A program made the position numbers and the translations under genes. The notes under the pieces were generated by a model. That model was not told the origin of the DNA, made no database searches, and saw only the letters and a list, made by a program, of their open reading frames with translations. Shown here piece after piece: positions 19,820-31,142 of a stretch of DNA of 64,000 nt. How positions within the stretch are numbered: the stretch's first letter is position 1; every line of letters starts with the position of its first letter. Origin of the DNA: a virus (Duplodnaviria; Caudoviricetes); IMG/VR virus record IMGVR_UViG_3300011008_000012, positions 32,001-96,000 of that record. One strand, 5' to 3'.

Positions 19820-22800
19820 TTGGCAGGAAACTACATACCATATCACGTTCACAGCGATTACAGCCTTCTCGATAGTTGCACGAAGTTTGAAGATTACGTT
19901 GATCTTGCAGTTCGTGACGGCGTTAAGGCGATTGCGTCTACAGAGCATGGGAAACCAATGGGTTGGGTTTCCAAAAAGTTGTACTGTGACAAGCAGGGTA
20001 TCAAGTTTATCCACGGCGTTGAGATTTACCTGACAGAAAACCTCGACGAAAAAGTCAGAGATAACTACCACACAGTTCTGCTTGCGAGGAATCTGGATGG
20101 TGTACGCGAGCTGAACAGGCTGGTATCAATGTCGTGCGATAAACGACACTTCTACTATACAAACCGAATTAGTTTTGATGAGTTTCTCGGTATATCCGAT
20201 AATATCTTGTCAACGAGCGCGTGTCTGGCGTCACCGTTGAACAGGTTGTCCGAAAGTCATCCGTACTATATGGCATTGGCACAGAAGTACGACTTCCTGG
20301 AGGTGCAAGCCCATAACCATCCAGATCAGATCGCGTTTAATAAAAGGTTGTTTCAGCTATCTTTGGATCTTGGCACTCCATTGATCGCAGGAACAGATAC
20401 ACACAATTCTTCTCCGTATAAAGCGGAGTGCAGGTCGATCCTTCTGAAAGCAAAGCACAAATCATTTGGCGATGAAGATGCGTTCGACCTTACATATAAA
20501 ACATACGACGAGCTGGTCGAAATGTTCCGGCGTCAGAACGCGCTTCCAGAGGATGTGTATCTGGAGGCTATTACCAACACGAACATGCTTGACGAACTCG
20601 TTGAAAATTTTGAACTTGATAAAAGCATTAAATACCCGATCCTGTACGGATCACGAGAAGCCGACTCTGCGAAGTTTACAGAAACAGTAGAACGTATGTT
20701 TGCTGAAAAACTTGAGAGCGGCGTTATTCCACCGGAGCAAAAGGATGCGTTCCGTGCCGCGATCGATGAAGAAATGCGGGTTTTCCAAAAGCTCAAAATG
20801 GATGGCTTTATGCTGTCTATGTCCGAGCTTATATGCTGGTGCAAGAACCATGGCATGGCGATCGGTACTGCCCGCGGCTCCGTCGGCGGTTCCAGAGTGG
20901 CGTATGTCACAGACATCATTGACCTTAACCCGGAAACATGGCAGACGGTTTTCTCGCGTTTCTGCAACGAAGACAGAACAGAAATAGGCGATATTGATAT
21001 CGACTGCATTGAAGAAGACCGTCCGGAGATATTCCGCCATATTATATCAAGATTTGGCGCGGACAAGACAGGCCGCGTCGCTTCGTTCGGCACGATACAG
21101 ACCAAGGGTGTCATCGACGAGGTTTGCCGTGCAAAGATGAACGACTGGAATAAGGAACACGGATACAAGGAAGGCGAAAAGGTTGATGATAATCCGTATG
21201 GGTACGATATCGTTAACAAAATTAAGGCAGAATTGACTCCAATCGACAACTTATCCAAGAAAGAAAAGAAGCCGATCACAAGCTATCCTGAATACGATGT
21301 GCTTGCGAAAAAGTACCCACAGGTTTTCTACTACTTCGATGGTTTGTTCAACACAAAGGTTTCCCAGTCCGTTCATCCGGCCGGCATGGTCATCAGTCCT
21401 ATCACGCTTATAGATAACTATGGGATGTTTGATAAGGACGGAGAGAACTGTCTAATGATGGATATGGAAGAGGCTCATGAGGTCGGAGCGGCGAAATACG
21501 ACTTCCTTGTTTTGAAGACAGTGCAGGTTATACGGGATGCTTGCGAATATCTCGGAGTGAACTATCCGCATACATACGAAATCGATTGGAACGATCAAAA
21601 TGTGTGGGCGGATATGCAGAAAAACCTGACTGCGATCTTCCAGTTTGAGGGAGCATTTGCCGCAGACTGTTTTAAGAAGTTCAAAACGTCGAGTATCTTC
21701 GATATGTCGCTCGTCACGGCTTGCATACGTCCGTCCGGTGCGTCATACAGAGATCAGCTTCTTGCACGAAAACCGCATAAGAATCCGTCCGAAATGATCG
21801 ACGAACTCCTAAAGGATAACCTTGGTTATCTGGTGTATCAGGAGGACACGATCAAATTCCTGCAGCAGATTTGCGGTTTGACTGGCAGCGAGGCGGATAA
21901 CGTGCGTCGTGCGATAGGACGAAAACAGCATGACAGACTGGCAGCGGCGCTTCCGTCGATCCTTGAAGGTTATTGCGGGAAATCTCCAAAACCTCGTGAC
22001 GAGGCGGAGAGCGAAGCGAAAGAGTTCTTGCAGATTATAGAAGACAGTGCGAATTACCAATTTGGGTTAATGATTAGCCCATTCTTTGTGAACCCTATTA
22101 CTCAGGGGTGTGTATCTTACGAAGCTGAGTAACCGCAGGAAATGGCGGCTAAAAGATATGCTAACGGGGGAACCCTACTGTATTGAGGGCAATCCTGTGC
22201 TAAGCAGATAGGAGTGAAGATGTGGAAATCAATTAGTGGCTATGAAGGATACTACGAGGTGAGCGACGATGGTAGGGTGAGGAGCCTCACTCGCACAATC
22301 TTAGACTCACGCGGGGTAATACGAACACTTCACGGCGGTGAAATGAAGGTTACAGAATCGATCGGTAAAGACCGGTCCGGAGACGGTTATTATGTAGTAA
22401 ACCTAAGACGTGAGCATACTTCGAACGTGTGCCCGGTTCATAGGTTGGTTGCTGAAGTATTTATACCAAACAGCGATAATCTTCCGACTGTGAACCACAT
22501 AGACGGAGACAAGTATAATAATCATGTTTCAAATCTGGAGTGGGCTTCATACGCAGACAATAATGTACATGCGCTAAAGCACCAGTTAAGACAACCTAGA
22601 GGTAATCGTATTGCCCAGTATTCTTTGGACGGTTCCTATATTTCCACATTTCAGTCTACATGCGAAGCCGCGAGGCAAACAGGTGTATCGCGCGGAATGA
22701 TTTCACACTGCTTGAATGGCAGATGTGGTTCAGCAGGCGGCTTTGTATGGAAAAAACTATCTGAAAGTGCAACGACTATCCCGCAAGGGAGTACGCAGGA

Positions 22801-23827
22801 AGATGAGTTACCTGCGGAAGCGCAAAGACCACAATAAGTGGAAGATATAGTCTACGCCACCAGTAATGGTGGAATGCGTGATAATCATTCAATCGCATAT
22901 TGCCTTCTAGGGTATCTGTGTGGATATTATCGCTACTATCATCCTTTGGAATTTGTCACGTCGTTTTTGAACAATGCGGCAAACGATGAGGATATCAGAA
23001 ACGGTACTGCATACGCAACAAAGGTCGGGATCAAAGTGACGATGCCAAAATGGGGCGTATCCAAAGGTGAGTACTACTTCGACCGGGACAAAAACATCAT
23101 CGCAAAGGGTGTCACATCGATCAAGTACATGAGCGAACAGCTCGCAGATGAAATGTTCATCCTCTCGAAGAATCATTATGAACGATTCATTGATTTGGTC
23201 GCCGATCTTAAGTCAAAGACAAGCATAAACTCGCGCCAACTTGAGATCCTCGTTAAGCTGGATTTCTTTTCCGACTTCGGCAATCAAAGAGAATTGCTTC
23301 GCATCATTGATGTGTTCAGTCAGTTGTTAAAGGACGGAGAGGTCAAACAGATCAAGAAGGAATCTGTCGATGGAACACCGTTCGGTGAGATTATCGCACA
23401 ATACTCAAACGGGAAAACGAAGAATGGCGCTGAGTCCAAAAGCTACGTCATTCAGGATATCCACGCGATCATGCGCGGAGTTGAAGATGCAATCATGGCG
23501 GCTCGTCTGGAAGATTTGCCAGACATTGTGAAGATACAAAACTTCCACGACGCTATGGGCTATGTCGGATACACATCCGGCAAGGAAGAGGACAGAAGAA
23601 AGCTCTATGTTCTCGATGTTTTCCCTCTCGCAAGAAAAAGTGACGGAAAGAAGTTTGGGTATTCCGTCATCACAAAATCGATCGGAAGCGGCGTTGAAAG
23701 CCGCTTCACGGTTTTTAATCGGGTATTCGATAAGGAACCGATACATAAGGGCGACGTGATCTACTGCAAAGGATATGAACGGAATAGACAATACTTTACA
23801 CTCACTTTTTATGACAAAGTCTACTAA
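19820..23827 (+). CDS. dnaE: DNA polymerase III alpha, spliced (join 19820-22067 + 22881-23827, ~1064 aa)
   Basis: PHP HVHSDYSLLD, RGSVGGS, DIDID, HPAG and YQE motifs; splicing restores NYQFG-Y-NHSIAY. Confidence 0.92.
22068..22880 (+). ncRNA. Group I intron in dnaE (813 nt)
   Basis: P1 TGGGT/GCCCA with U.G; P10 AATGATT/AATCATT; P TAACGGGGGAACCC, Q GGCAATCCTGTGCTAAG, R GTGCAACGACTATC, S GAAGATATAGTCT; terminal G. Confidence 0.9.
22214..22837 (+). CDS. Intron-encoded NUMOD4-HNH-NUMOD1 homing endonuclease
   Basis: WKSISGYEGYYEVSDDGRVRS, VHRLVA, VNHIDGDKYNNHVSNLEW and C-terminal HTH. Confidence 0.9.
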   Translation: MKMWKSISGYEGYYEVSDDGRVRSLTRTILDSRGVIRTLHGGEMKVTESIGKDRSGDGYYVVNLRREHTSNVCPVHRLVAEVFIPNSDNLPTVNHIDGDKYNNHVSNLEWASYADNNVHALKHQLRQPRGNRIAQYSLDGSYISTFQSTCEAARQTGVSRGMISHCLNGRCGSAGGFVWKKLSESATTIPQGSTQEDELPAEAQRPQ

Positions 23828-23839
23828 GGCGGTGACCAA

Positions 23840-24598
23840 ATGCGGGAATTTGATTCGGAAAGCCTGACTGAGCTTCTCACTGATTGCTATGAAAACCCAG
23901 GGTTCGTCGGAGGTTTATTGTTTAGGTACGCAGATGAAGTGGAGCGTGTTAAAAAGCTCTTCGAGGACGGAATTAGAGCCGGTAGGATAGATGGTGCTGA
24001 ACGCATCGAGTCTGACGTGAATGTCGAGCTGATGGCACGATATGATTGGATTCGGTTTAGTAATGGCAGCTCCATTTATATGATGAGCTCATCCACTGCT
24101 AATACTGGAGCTGCAATTTACCAAGCTGGTCATCACTTTGATCGAATCCTATTTGACATTTCTGTGCCGGAAATAGATCGTATGGCGTTTCTATCGTTAG
24201 AGAAGATGCAGGATACATACGATCTCCGCGATTGGTTGCCATCATTATCTATGTGTGTCGATGCGACTCCTGATTACCGCTATATTGTTAGTAATGAACC
24301 ATGGAGTATGCCTACAACATCATCTGCTACAACTTATGCGCACACAACGACATCACCAACATACATGGAAAGGTCAACCACCATACCAACAAGCACGATT
24401 AGTGGTCCGTGGTGCTCATCCGGTACAACATTTCAGTATGCGTATGACGAATCCATGCGTGGGAAAACATGGCGTCGAAGTGATGCGCTCAAAAATGCTC
24501 TGAAAAAGCTCAAAATCAAAGATGAATCGGACGTAATTGATGAGAAAGCGTTCGATTCGTTTATGAAAAAGCTCGAAAACGGAGAAAAATTGGCATGA
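23840..24598 (+). CDS. Hypothetical protein
   Basis: 252-aa ORF in operon with a T/S-rich segment. Confidence 0.6.
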   Translation: MREFDSESLTELLTDCYENPGFVGGLLFRYADEVERVKKLFEDGIRAGRIDGAERIESDVNVELMARYDWIRFSNGSSIYMMSSSTANTGAAIYQAGHHFDRILFDISVPEIDRMAFLSLEKMQDTYDLRDWLPSLSMCVDATPDYRYIVSNEPWSMPTTSSATTYAHTTTSPTYMERSTTIPTSTISGPWCSSGTTFQYAYDESMRGKTWRRSDALKNALKKLKIKDESDVIDEKAFDSFMKKLENGEKLA

Positions 24599-24637
24599 TT
24601 TTGCTTATAAAACTTGGTTTTCATAGAGGAGGTGTTT

Positions 24638-25348
24638 ATGGCAAGTAAAAAGAAACCATACATTGAGACACATCCAGACCCGCCGGAGAAGATCACGAAC
24701 GAGTGCTTCTACGGTATAAAGCTGGACAAGGAACAACTGGAGCTGGCGAATACGATCTGGAATCCAGACATTGATATCGTGTTTGTCAACAGTACAGCCG
24801 GTACTGGAAAGACAACCATAGCGACCGGTGTGGCAAACCTCCTCGTGCATTACGGTATGTTCGACGGGATCGTGTACATCATGTCGCCATACGGCGAACG
24901 AAAGCAAGGGTATCTTCCTGGTAGCTTCACGGAAAAGAGTGCTGTCTACTTCGAGGCTTTTTATCAGGCGCTCATCAACTGCAACGTCAATCCGACAACA
25001 TCTATCAACGATGAGAGCATGGTGAACCAGAAAAACGGAACTGGGTATATCACCTGTATCACAGATACGTTCCTGAGAGGAACGAACCTTGATAGAGCTG
25101 TAATTATTCTTGACGAAGCGCAGAACTACACGACGGCGCAACTCAAGAAAACGCTTACAAGAGTTGGATCGCGATCCAAAGTGATCGTGATCGGTCATGA
25201 TAAGCAATGCGATCTGGACGATCCGAACGCAAGTGGATTTGTCAGATACATCAACCATTTCTCCGGCAAGGAACGTGCTGCTATCTGTGAGCTTCATACC
25301 AATCACCGTGGGTGGGTTAGTCAGCACGCTGATGAGCTTGAGGAATAA
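24638..25348 (+). CDS. phoH: PhoH-family ATPase
   Basis: AGTGKT, GYLPG, LRGTNL, LDEAQN, LTRVG and Q.DL motifs. Confidence 0.9.
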   Translation: MASKKKPYIETHPDPPEKITNECFYGIKLDKEQLELANTIWNPDIDIVFVNSTAGTGKTTIATGVANLLVHYGMFDGIVYIMSPYGERKQGYLPGSFTEKSAVYFEAFYQALINCNVNPTTSINDESMVNQKNGTGYITCITDTFLRGTNLDRAVIILDEAQNYTTAQLKKTLTRVGSRSKVIVIGHDKQCDLDDPNASGFVRYINHFSGKERAAICELHTNHRGWVSQHADELEE

Positions 25349-25369
25349 TACATAACAGGAGACACGCCT

Positions 25370-25606
25370 TTGAGGATTTGTATTTGCAATAAGTGCGGAA
25401 AAACCATGGACGTTTATGATATTCAGGAGAAGTTCTCATTCCATACACGTCTTGGGTATGGATCAAGGTACGATGAGGATTATCTTGATATCGATCTCTG
25501 CTGTGAGTGCATGGATAAGATAATCGATGAATGTCTGATCTCGCCAATCACGGAATGCGGCTTCTGGGATGAATATGACGAAGAAGAGGACTGTGAAAAT
25601 GAGTGA
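25370..25606 (+). CDS. Small Cys-rich (zinc-binding) hypothetical protein
   Basis: CNKCGK...DLCCEC. Confidence 0.65.
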   Translation: MRICICNKCGKTMDVYDIQEKFSFHTRLGYGSRYDEDYLDIDLCCECMDKIIDECLISPITECGFWDEYDEEEDCENE

Positions 25607-26210
25607 GTACATAGTTACAGACTACGGGTGTTGCCGAAACACGCATGTATACGGCCTCGATGAGAGCATCCGGTTTGCAAAATATCCAATGTCAACCGAC
25701 ACGTCATGCCTGAATGCAGAGCTGACGGATGGAATCCGAGGTCTTGCGCAGAGTGAGAAGGGGGAGGGACATGACCAGTGGCTGACGGGCGTTACCGTCG
25801 AGTTTGACCTTGAGTTTACGATTAAAGCATGGACGGAGGAAGAACGGTACACGTTTATGAACTTCGTCAGCAGTCAATCGACAATGCACCGCATAGCTAG
25901 ATTCGACTACGACGAATCATATATCAAATACACAGATCCACGTTGCATCGAGATCGTGAAAGAACTTGCAGATCGATATAATGCTACAAGAGATCCAGAG
26001 GATTACCTCCGGCTTCTGTACAGCAATCCATGCGGCATGAAGCTCCGCGCAGGCATCGTGACAAACTACCGTGCTCTCAAAACGGTCTATGCGCAGCGTA
26101 AAAACCATCGGCTTCCCGAGTGGAGAGAGTTTTGCAGATGGGTCGAAACGCTCCCGATGGCAACCGAGCTCATCCTTCCAAGAGAAGAGAAGGAGGAAGA
26201 GGTGGCGTGA
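25599..26210 (+). CDS. ThyX-like flavin-dependent thymidylate synthase
   Basis: GEGHD, SQSTMHR and NYRALK...QRKNHRLPEWR; lies in the nucleotide cluster. Confidence 0.7.
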   Translation: MSEYIVTDYGCCRNTHVYGLDESIRFAKYPMSTDTSCLNAELTDGIRGLAQSEKGEGHDQWLTGVTVEFDLEFTIKAWTEEERYTFMNFVSSQSTMHRIARFDYDESYIKYTDPRCIEIVKELADRYNATRDPEDYLRLLYSNPCGMKLRAGIVTNYRALKTVYAQRKNHRLPEWREFCRWVETLPMATELILPREEKEEEVA

Positions 26211-26773
26211 AGGTAATCTGCATATCTGGGAAAGCGCAGCATGGAAAAGATACTACGGCGTCGATCATGGCTAGTACGCTGCGTGAAAGAGGTTTTCGTG
26301 TGCTGGTTGCGCATTATGCCGACCTGCTGAAATACATCTGTAAGATGTTTTTTGGTTGGGACGGCAAGAAGGATGAGGATGGCCGTCAGCTTCTGCAATA
26401 TGTTGGCACAGACGTTATTCGTGCGCAGGATCAAAACTTCTGGGTTCGATTCATTGGAAGCGTTCTCAATCTTTTCCCTGACGAATGGGATTTTGTTCTG
26501 ATTCCTGATACAAGGTTCCCGAACGAGATCAGTGCTATGAATGGATATGGGTTTGATGTGTCGCTCCTTCGTGTAATTCGTGATGGGTTTGATAACGGTC
26601 TCACCGAAAAGCAAAAGAATCATCCATCCGAGACTTCGCTTGACGGTGTGAAAGCAGACTATACGATCCATAACAACGGGCCAATGTCCGATCTGATTGT
26701 GGATGTACATAACCTGATCGATAGTATGATCGAGCCAATGCCGCTTATAGATGGATACGAGGTGACAGATTGA
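26207..26773 (+). CDS. Deoxynucleoside monophosphate kinase
   Basis: SGKAQHGKDT, RQLLQYVGT, DTRFPNE and HPSE motifs. Confidence 0.85.
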   Translation: MKVICISGKAQHGKDTTASIMASTLRERGFRVLVAHYADLLKYICKMFFGWDGKKDEDGRQLLQYVGTDVIRAQDQNFWVRFIGSVLNLFPDEWDFVLIPDTRFPNEISAMNGYGFDVSLLRVIRDGFDNGLTEKQKNHPSETSLDGVKADYTIHNNGPMSDLIVDVHNLIDSMIEPMPLIDGYEVTD

Positions 26774-27321
26774 CAATACTTGTAGACATGGATGAGGTAT
26801 TAGATCAGCTATTACAGGCATGGATACCATATCTCAACAAAAAGTACGATCGGAATGTTGATCCAGAAGACGTTACTGGTTGGTGGATCACAGATTTTTA
26901 TCCCGGTCTTACGCACAAACAAATATATGGCGTCTTAAAAGACGGGGAATTGTGGGCGAATGTCAAACCGGTTCCTGGAGCAAGTGAAGTGCTCCAGAAG
27001 CTAATGGCAGACGGCCACGATATTTTTATCGTCACGAACTCCAACTATAAGACCGTGGAAGTGAAGATGGATACCGTGCTGTTCAAATACTATCCATTCC
27101 TTTCATGGGACAAGGTAATCCTGGCGACAAAGAAACAAATGATCCGTGGCGATGTTTTGATCGACGACGGAATCCACAATTTAGAGGGCGGCGATTATCA
27201 CAAAATCCTGATGGACGCGCCGCACAACCGCGGGTATGACGCGGCTATACACGGTATGCACCGGGTTTTTAACTGGGATGACATCTACCGGGTGATTCAG
27301 CACATAGATCAAAGGAATTGA
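26770..27321 (+). CDS. 5'(3')-deoxyribonucleotidase (HAD)
   Basis: VDMDEVL, LIDD and PHN motifs. Confidence 0.85.
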   Translation: MTILVDMDEVLDQLLQAWIPYLNKKYDRNVDPEDVTGWWITDFYPGLTHKQIYGVLKDGELWANVKPVPGASEVLQKLMADGHDIFIVTNSNYKTVEVKMDTVLFKYYPFLSWDKVILATKKQMIRGDVLIDDGIHNLEGGDYHKILMDAPHNRGYDAAIHGMHRVFNWDDIYRVIQHIDQRN

Positions 27322-27326
27322 ATGCT

Positions 27327-27551
27327 ATGTATGATATTACGCTTTACAGCACAGATTGCCCTCAGTGCGTCGTGTTGAAGAAAAAGATGAACGCCAGAGG
27401 ATTGGCGTTCAAAGAGAACAACGATATAAAGACCATGCAAGACATGGGTATTACATATGTCCCGGTTCTTCAGGTCAATGATACGTTGATGGATTTTGCC
27501 GCCGCGTGCAGATGGGTAGACGCGGAGGAGGCAGACCAGAATGAACATTGA
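27327..27551 (+). CDS. NrdH-like glutaredoxin
   Basis: CPQC and VPVL motifs. Confidence 0.8.
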   Translation: MYDITLYSTDCPQCVVLKKKMNARGLAFKENNDIKTMQDMGITYVPVLQVNDTLMDFAAACRWVDAEEADQNEH

Positions 27552-29466
27552 ACTGAAACTGTCAAAGGACTTTGAACGGTGTCTTGAAGAACTGAAAAAG
27601 AAATATGGTGAGGACTTTGAGTATATCAACGGTCTTCATCCAAGCCAGCTCGATTTCTCGGAGTTCATTGAGAACTTCGTTGATCACGAAACTGTGGCCG
27701 ACGCGAGCATCGATCCAAATGCGAATGTGAGTCATAAGGATATCCGCAGCTTTATGACGGAGAAAGCAAAGAGCGAGGACAAGCTCTTTGGATTAAATAA
27801 GATCTTTATGACAATCAAGAAGCAGTGGGGACTTCGCACAGCGAAACAATGGCTTGAGCAGGAATTCAGCAAGGGGTTTTACCTTAACGATAGTACAACA
27901 GCAAGTTATTTCCCGTACTGTTGGGCAAATGATTTCACAAGGCTCGCCAAGGAAGGGCTTTTCTTCCTCGGTAATTACAACAACGAGGCTCCAAAGCACC
28001 TTACAACATATTTCGATGATGTGATCGAGTTCGTTTCCTTCCTGTCAAACCGCCAGAGCGGAGCAGTTGGGATGCCCAATGTACTGATTTGGGCATGGTA
28101 CTTCTGGAAGAAGGATGTTGAGAACGGATACTTCATGAAAGATCCGGATTACTACCTTCGCCAGCAGTATCAGAAGCTGATCTATCGTCTTAACCAACCA
28201 TTCCTAAGGATAGATCAATCAGCCTTTACTAATATTTCGATCTTCGATCATCCATATCTCGAATCGCTGTTCGGAGGCGTGGAGTTCCCGGACGGCACTT
28301 TCGCCATTGACCACATCAACGATCTGATCGAAGCGCAGAAGATATTTATGGATGTAGTCAGCGAGATTCGTGAGACCAATATGTTCACATATCCGGTTTT
28401 AACATACTCACTGCTCTATCAGAACGGGAAATTCGTAGACGAAGAGTTCGCCAGATGGTGCTCCAACCATAACATTAGATGGTCTGACAGCAACTTCTTC
28501 GTCAGCGACAATGTTGGCGTCTTATCAAACTGCTGCCGCCTGTTATCAGATACGAAAAAGCTCGATGCGTTTATCAACTCCATCGGCGGTACAGCGCTGT
28601 CTGTCGGTTCCTGCCGCGTCAGCACTATCAATCTCGTGCGAATTGCCTATGAGAGCGGATTTAACCGCAAGAAGTATCTGAACATCCTTCGTGATCGCGT
28701 GACCCTTGACTGTAAAGCACTGTTTTCCATGCGGCACATCATCAAGCGAAACATTGAGAAGGGGCTTTTGCCTAACTACCAGGACGGAGCTGTCGAGCTT
28801 GACAAGCAGTTCTGTACAATCGGCGGTATCGGTATGTATGAGGTCATGGATCTGTTTGGCCTGATCGATACAGACGTTCTTGGCAATAAGTTTTATTCTG
28901 AAGCCGCTGTTGAATTCGCAACCGAGATTCTTGATGTGATGAACGAAGTGAAAGATAATTTCGATTGTGACTTTTCTTTCAATATCGAAATGATACCGGC
29001 GGAAAACTGCGCTGGCGTGATCTGCCAAGCGGACAATCTCCTGTTCGAGCAGAACAAGTACTTTATATATTCGAATCAGTGGATTCCGCTGATGGAGAAA
29101 TGCACAATCCAAGAGAAGTGTAGGCTTGGTTCTCTGTTCGATAAGAAGTGCGGCGGAGGTTGTATCGCCCATATCAACATCGAGAACAGATTTCAGAATG
29201 AAGAAACCGCGTGGGATATGCTGAACTATGTAGCGTCCCACGGGGTTATTTATTTCGCTTTCACCACGAAGATCAGCGTTTGCGAAGACAAGCACGCATT
29301 CATCGGTATGAACACATGCCCAAAATGCGGTAAACCGGTGTCTGATACATATGCAAGAGTCGTCGGGTTTTACACGCCAGTCAGCAGTTATCAGCGAATT
29401 CGTAAGAATGAGTTCGATAAACGACGCTGGATAGACGTTTTGGCGAACGACGGAGTCATGAAGTGA
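27541..29466 (+). CDS. nrdD: Anaerobic (class III) ribonucleotide reductase
   Basis: NCCRL, TINL, PAEN, C-terminal zinc site and RVVGFY glycyl-radical motif. Confidence 0.92.
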   Translation: MNIELKLSKDFERCLEELKKKYGEDFEYINGLHPSQLDFSEFIENFVDHETVADASIDPNANVSHKDIRSFMTEKAKSEDKLFGLNKIFMTIKKQWGLRTAKQWLEQEFSKGFYLNDSTTASYFPYCWANDFTRLAKEGLFFLGNYNNEAPKHLTTYFDDVIEFVSFLSNRQSGAVGMPNVLIWAWYFWKKDVENGYFMKDPDYYLRQQYQKLIYRLNQPFLRIDQSAFTNISIFDHPYLESLFGGVEFPDGTFAIDHINDLIEAQKIFMDVVSEIRETNMFTYPVLTYSLLYQNGKFVDEEFARWCSNHNIRWSDSNFFVSDNVGVLSNCCRLLSDTKKLDAFINSIGGTALSVGSCRVSTINLVRIAYESGFNRKKYLNILRDRVTLDCKALFSMRHIIKRNIEKGLLPNYQDGAVELDKQFCTIGGIGMYEVMDLFGLIDTDVLGNKFYSEAAVEFATEILDVMNEVKDNFDCDFSFNIEMIPAENCAGVICQADNLLFEQNKYFIYSNQWIPLMEKCTIQEKCRLGSLFDKKCGGGCIAHINIENRFQNEETAWDMLNYVASHGVIYFAFTTKISVCEDKHAFIGMNTCPKCGKPVSDTYARVVGFYTPVSSYQRIRKNEFDKRRWIDVLANDGVMK

Positions 29467-29948
29467 TCGTCAAAGACATTGTAATTGAGGATTTCGTCAA
29501 CTACAGATTGCCATCCATGTTTATCATCAGCTCAAAATGCGACTGGAAGTGCTGTAGAGAGCAGGGCTTGGATATCAGTATATGTCAGAACGCAGATCTT
29601 GCTCTATCTAAGCCTCGTGATGTTTCCGACGACACTATATTAAATATGTATAGGTCAAATGATATTACAAAGGCCGTCGTTATCGGCGGCCTTGAACCCT
29701 TATTGCAGGCGGATGAAGTTTTGGAACTGGTACGAACCTTTCGTAAGCACGGAGAGATGTGTGATTTCGTTATTTACACAGGATACTATCCGGAGGAAAT
29801 TACCGAGTCTTTTATGACCGCCTTACAGGAATTCGGAAACATCATTATTAAGTTTGGGCGCTACATTCCCAATATAAAGCCAATATTTGACGATGTGCTT
29901 GGCGTCCAACTCGCATCCGAAAATCAATTCGCAAGGAAGATTAGCTGA
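29463..29948 (+). CDS. nrdG: NrdG-like RNR activase
   Basis: CDWKCC, GGLEP, YTGY, KFGRY and LASENQ; directly follows nrdD. Confidence 0.75.
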   Translation: MIVKDIVIEDFVNYRLPSMFIISSKCDWKCCREQGLDISICQNADLALSKPRDVSDDTILNMYRSNDITKAVVIGGLEPLLQADEVLELVRTFRKHGEMCDFVIYTGYYPEEITESFMTALQEFGNIIIKFGRYIPNIKPIFDDVLGVQLASENQFARKIS

Positions 29949-30136
29949 TGAAAATCAAAATGACAGAGAATCATGAGCATCGGGAGAAAATTCTCGACGC
30001 TCTTCGCAAAAATGACGGATATTGCCCCTGCGCTCTTGAAAAAGTGCCAGAGACGAAGTGTATGTGTAAAGACTTCAAAGATATGAAGTCAGGGACTTGC
30101 CATTGCGGCCTTTATATCAAGGAGGTTTCAGATTGA
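29948..30136 (+). CDS. Ferredoxin:thioredoxin reductase catalytic-chain-like protein
   Basis: GYCPC...CMC...CHCGLY. Confidence 0.75.
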   Translation: MKIKMTENHEHREKILDALRKNDGYCPCALEKVPETKCMCKDFKDMKSGTCHCGLYIKEVSD

Positions 30137-30300
30137 CGTGCTGTAAGAACGACAGTTGTCCGTTCGATGATTGTGAGCGTAGCTATAAGAACTACGGAGG
30201 CAACATCGATGATATGTTCGTCACAAATTTTTTCAGTACATGCGACAGGTACATGAAATATCTCGCGGAGAAGATCAATGGGAATACAGAAAAAACCTGA
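30133..30300 (+). CDS. Small Cys-rich hypothetical protein
   Basis: GGAGG RBS plus TTG start; CC...CP..C. Confidence 0.5.
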   Translation: MTCCKNDSCPFDDCERSYKNYGGNIDDMFVTNFFSTCDRYMKYLAEKINGNTEKT

Positions 30301-30460
30301 CAGAGATTATGTTAGGGAGGTTCAGAAGCAACTGAAACAAAACAGCGGCTACTGCCCAAGCCGCCTTGAACGGAATGCAGACACAAAATGTATCTGCAAA
30401 GAGTTCAGAGAGCAGGACAGCGGCATGTGCCGCTGTGGGCTCTACATAAAAAATAGGTGA
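30278..30460 (+). CDS. Second FTR catalytic-chain-like paralog
   Basis: GYCPS...CIC...CRCGLY. Confidence 0.7.
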   Translation: MGIQKKPDRDYVREVQKQLKQNSGYCPSRLERNADTKCICKEFREQDSGMCRCGLYIKNR

Positions 30461-30571
30461 TACATACTTCCTAGTATTCATGTTTGTCATGTACCTTGTC
30501 TCGATTGCGTTTGTGTTCAACAACAATATGACACCACGAAATTAAATCATCTTTACACAAGGGGATTATGA

Positions 30572-31096
30572 ATGAATAGACGAATAGCTCAATTTGAAAA
30601 GGTAAGTTTTGATCAGTGGGTTACTGATATGAAAACACATCAGCCCGATTGTTGCAGTGACAAGTCTCAACTTAAATACCTATACGACATCATTCAGCTA
30701 CCAACCCGCGCCACAAGGGGGTCATCTGGTTACGATTTTAGGGCGCCATTCCCGTTTTCTCTCGAAGCAGGTGAGAGCATCGTTATTCCTACTGGCATAC
30801 GATGCTGGATAAACGACGAATGGTGGCTTATGTGTATGCCAAAGAGCGGCCAAGGATTCAAGTACAGAGTCCAGTTAGACAACACTGTCGGCAATATCGA
30901 TAGTGATTATTACGGCTCGGAAAAGAACGAGGGGCACATCATCGCAAAGCTTACAAATGATGGCCGGGAAGGGAAGAAGATGGAAGTGATGCGTGGCGAT
31001 GGTTATATGCAAGGCGTCTTTACTGTATACGGCATCACTATTGATGATGAGGCTGACGGTATAAGAAACGGCGGTTTTGGAAGCACGGGCAAATAA
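30572..31096 (+). CDS. dut: dUTPase (trimeric)
   Basis: SSGYD, PKSG, GNIDSDYY, Q and RNGGFGSTG motifs. Confidence 0.9.
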   Translation: MNRRIAQFEKVSFDQWVTDMKTHQPDCCSDKSQLKYLYDIIQLPTRATRGSSGYDFRAPFPFSLEAGESIVIPTGIRCWINDEWWLMCMPKSGQGFKYRVQLDNTVGNIDSDYYGSEKNEGHIIAKLTNDGREGKKMEVMRGDGYMQGVFTVYGITIDDEADGIRNGGFGSTGK

Positions 31097-31113
31097 TACA
31101 CATCTGGAGGAGT

Positions 31114-31139
31114 GGGGCGGGATTCCGCCCCTTTTTTTT
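31114..31139 (+). terminator. Rho-independent terminator
   Basis: GGGGCGG-gatt-CCGCCCC followed by T8. Confidence 0.85.
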
Positions 31140-31142
31140 ATT

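Noticed and set aside
22838-22880. GTG start of a separate 329-aa gene
   Set aside because: Lies within the intron S/P9 region; the ORF is dnaE exon 2
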